From sequence record PQ429079.1: a stretch of 45,476 nt of DNA. One strand, given 5' to 3'. Within the stretch, counting starts at the first letter, position 1. Each line of letters starts with the position of its first letter. The position numbers and the translations under genes were made by a program. This document shows positions 44,230 to 45,476 of the stretch, piece after piece. The stretch is from Escherichia phage vB_VIPECOTPH05A. The notes under the pieces are model-generated. The model ran no database searches and was not told the DNA's origin. It saw only the letters and a program-made list of their open reading frames with translations.

Positions 44230-45476
44230 TTAAAGTGCGAAAGTTACCGGGATGTTGATTACTGGTTTAACCACCGGCATCTCATAAACTACAGGATAGC
44301 CGAGAGCATCCGCCATATGGTCAATGACGCCGTCTTTAGCAGGCTCTCCGTTATCATCATATGCCTGCTGCTCCAGCGTCTTCGCTATCTCAGGGCATAA
44401 GTGGTCGTTAACCCACAGCTTACCTTTTTCCAGCGCGGTATTCACGGCTAAAACACGGTCTTTAACCGGTGGGTTGGCGGATTTAGCGCGAACATCAAAA
44501 CCAGCCTGCTGTAGTAAGGCGATATCGGAGATTGATGCTGAGTTGGTTTTGCGGTTCTTGCCGCTGGCGTCCGGGTAAACGACGATGCGGTGGCCTTGCG
44601 ACTTCCACTTCTCGGTAATCACACGCACGGTATCTGGCGTATCGAACAGGCCCTTCAGTTCTGCTACCGCGTGCCAGCCGTCTTTACGTTGCACATACAC
44701 GGCGCTGGCGTTCTTCGTAACGTTGAAGTCCTGCCCGATGTACAGCGTGTCGCCCGGTTGGATTGTCTCTTTGCTGCGATGCTTACGTCGGTCGTAGGCG
44801 TAGTATACGCTGCCGGATGTCAGGTTAACGAACTCCCCATTCAGGTACGCGTTAATCAGTTGCGCTGGGTAAGTCTCGGTCAGCGAGCTAATGTAGTCAG
44901 GCGGCAGGAATCGCGCGTTCTCGTGGGTGGAAGCCTGCACCATTGAGTAACTCGGTGTCGGGTTCTCTTTGAACTTGGCGTAGACGAACTTGAACCCTTC
45001 CGGCGTCGTGGTGACGGAGATGTGGTTGGTTACACCAGGGATAACCAGACGCATACGGGCGACGATTTTGTTCCATGCCAGTTCAGCTTTTTCTCGGCTC
45101 AGTACGTCCAGTTCATCCACGACCGCGGCGGCGATTTTGAAACCCACAATCGAACCGGGGTTATCCATAGAACGACAGATAACCGTTCCGAGCACCGTCT
45201 TACCGCGAGTAACCACGACCTCTTTGTCTCCGGATTTAACCAGCACATCAAGGCCGAGCAGGTTAGCCGCTTCCTCGAATGTCGGGTAGAAGATGTCACG
45301 GATGGCGGGATAGGTGGGGCCGAAGTAGCCCAGGCGCGTACCGGGATGCTTGAGCATAAACGTAAGCAGGTCAAGGCAGCCGACAAACGTCTTGCCACTA
45401 CCGAAGCCGCCTACGTAGGCCTTGTATTTGTTGTCACAATTCAGGAACAGTGCCTGCGGCGCGGATAGCTGAATAC
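44230..45476 (-). CDS. terL: terminase large subunit (5' end at/through window edge)
   Basis: Walker A YVGGFGSGKTF near the window end; frame stays open to the edge and, if circular, joins an ATG at positions 4..2. Confidence 0.8.
   Translation of the reverse strand, partial: IQLSAPQALFLNCDNKYKAYVGGFGSGKTFVGCLDLLTFMLKHPGTRLGYFGPTYPAIRDIFYPTFEEAANLLGLDVLVKSGDKEVVVTRGKTVLGTVICRSMDNPGSIVGFKIAAAVVDELDVLSREKAELAWNKIVARMRLVIPGVTNHISVTTTPEGFKFVYAKFKENPTPSYSMVQASTHENARFLPPDYISSLTETYPAQLINAYLNGEFVNLTSGSVYYAYDRRKHRSKETIQPGDTLYIGQDFNVTKNASAVYVQRKDGWHAVAELKGLFDTPDTVRVITEKWKSQGHRIVVYPDASGKNRKTNSASISDIALLQQAGFDVRAKSANPPVKDRVLAVNTALEKGKLWVNDHLCPEIAKTLEQQAYDDNGEPAKDGVIDHMADALGYPVVYEMPVVKPVINIPVTFAL

Noticed and set aside
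1-45476. CRISPR arrays, tRNA or rRNA genes
   Set aside because: No spaced direct-repeat arrays and no tRNA-like T-loop/acceptor structures were seen in the few non-coding stretches; the 40288-40612 and 8061-8311 gaps look like promoter/operator regions.

Overview
The 45,476-bp window looks like a complete, circularly closed genome of a tailed dsDNA siphovirus-type phage, probably virulent and of an enterobacterial-like host (inference from sigma70-like promoters and Shine-Dalgarno sites; no integrase seen). The small-terminase stop at position 1-3 overlaps the large-terminase start codon across the window junction. Three modules are visible. (i) A minus-strand early/accessory and lysis region (about 8,060 down to 600): many small translationally coupled genes, an HslV/proteasome-like Ntn hydrolase, two holin-like proteins and a GH24 endolysin, ending in terS. 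(ii) A plus-strand replication module (8,250-21,780): AAA-type primase/helicase-like protein, Cas4-like exonuclease, SSB, family A DNA polymerase, VRR-NUC nuclease and SNF2 helicase, invaded by two HNH-AP2 homing endonucleases (one frameshifted) and a LAGLIDADG intein. (iii) A minus-strand structural module (45,476 down to 21,808): terL, portal, head morphogenesis, scaffold, capsid, connector/neck, major tail, G/GT chaperone with a -1 frameshift, tape measure, lambda-like M/L/K/J tip proteins and a beta-helix tailspike. The structural module is interrupted by two promoter-equipped opposite-strand islands (31.3-33.4 kb and 40.6-41.1 kb) and an Rz/Rz1 spanin pair. The strongest candidate for an undescribed system is the 31.3-33.4 kb island, which encodes a signal-peptide protein, an HTH-fused calcineurin-like metallophosphoesterase and three small proteins. 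All functional calls come from reading motifs by eye; no database search was run.
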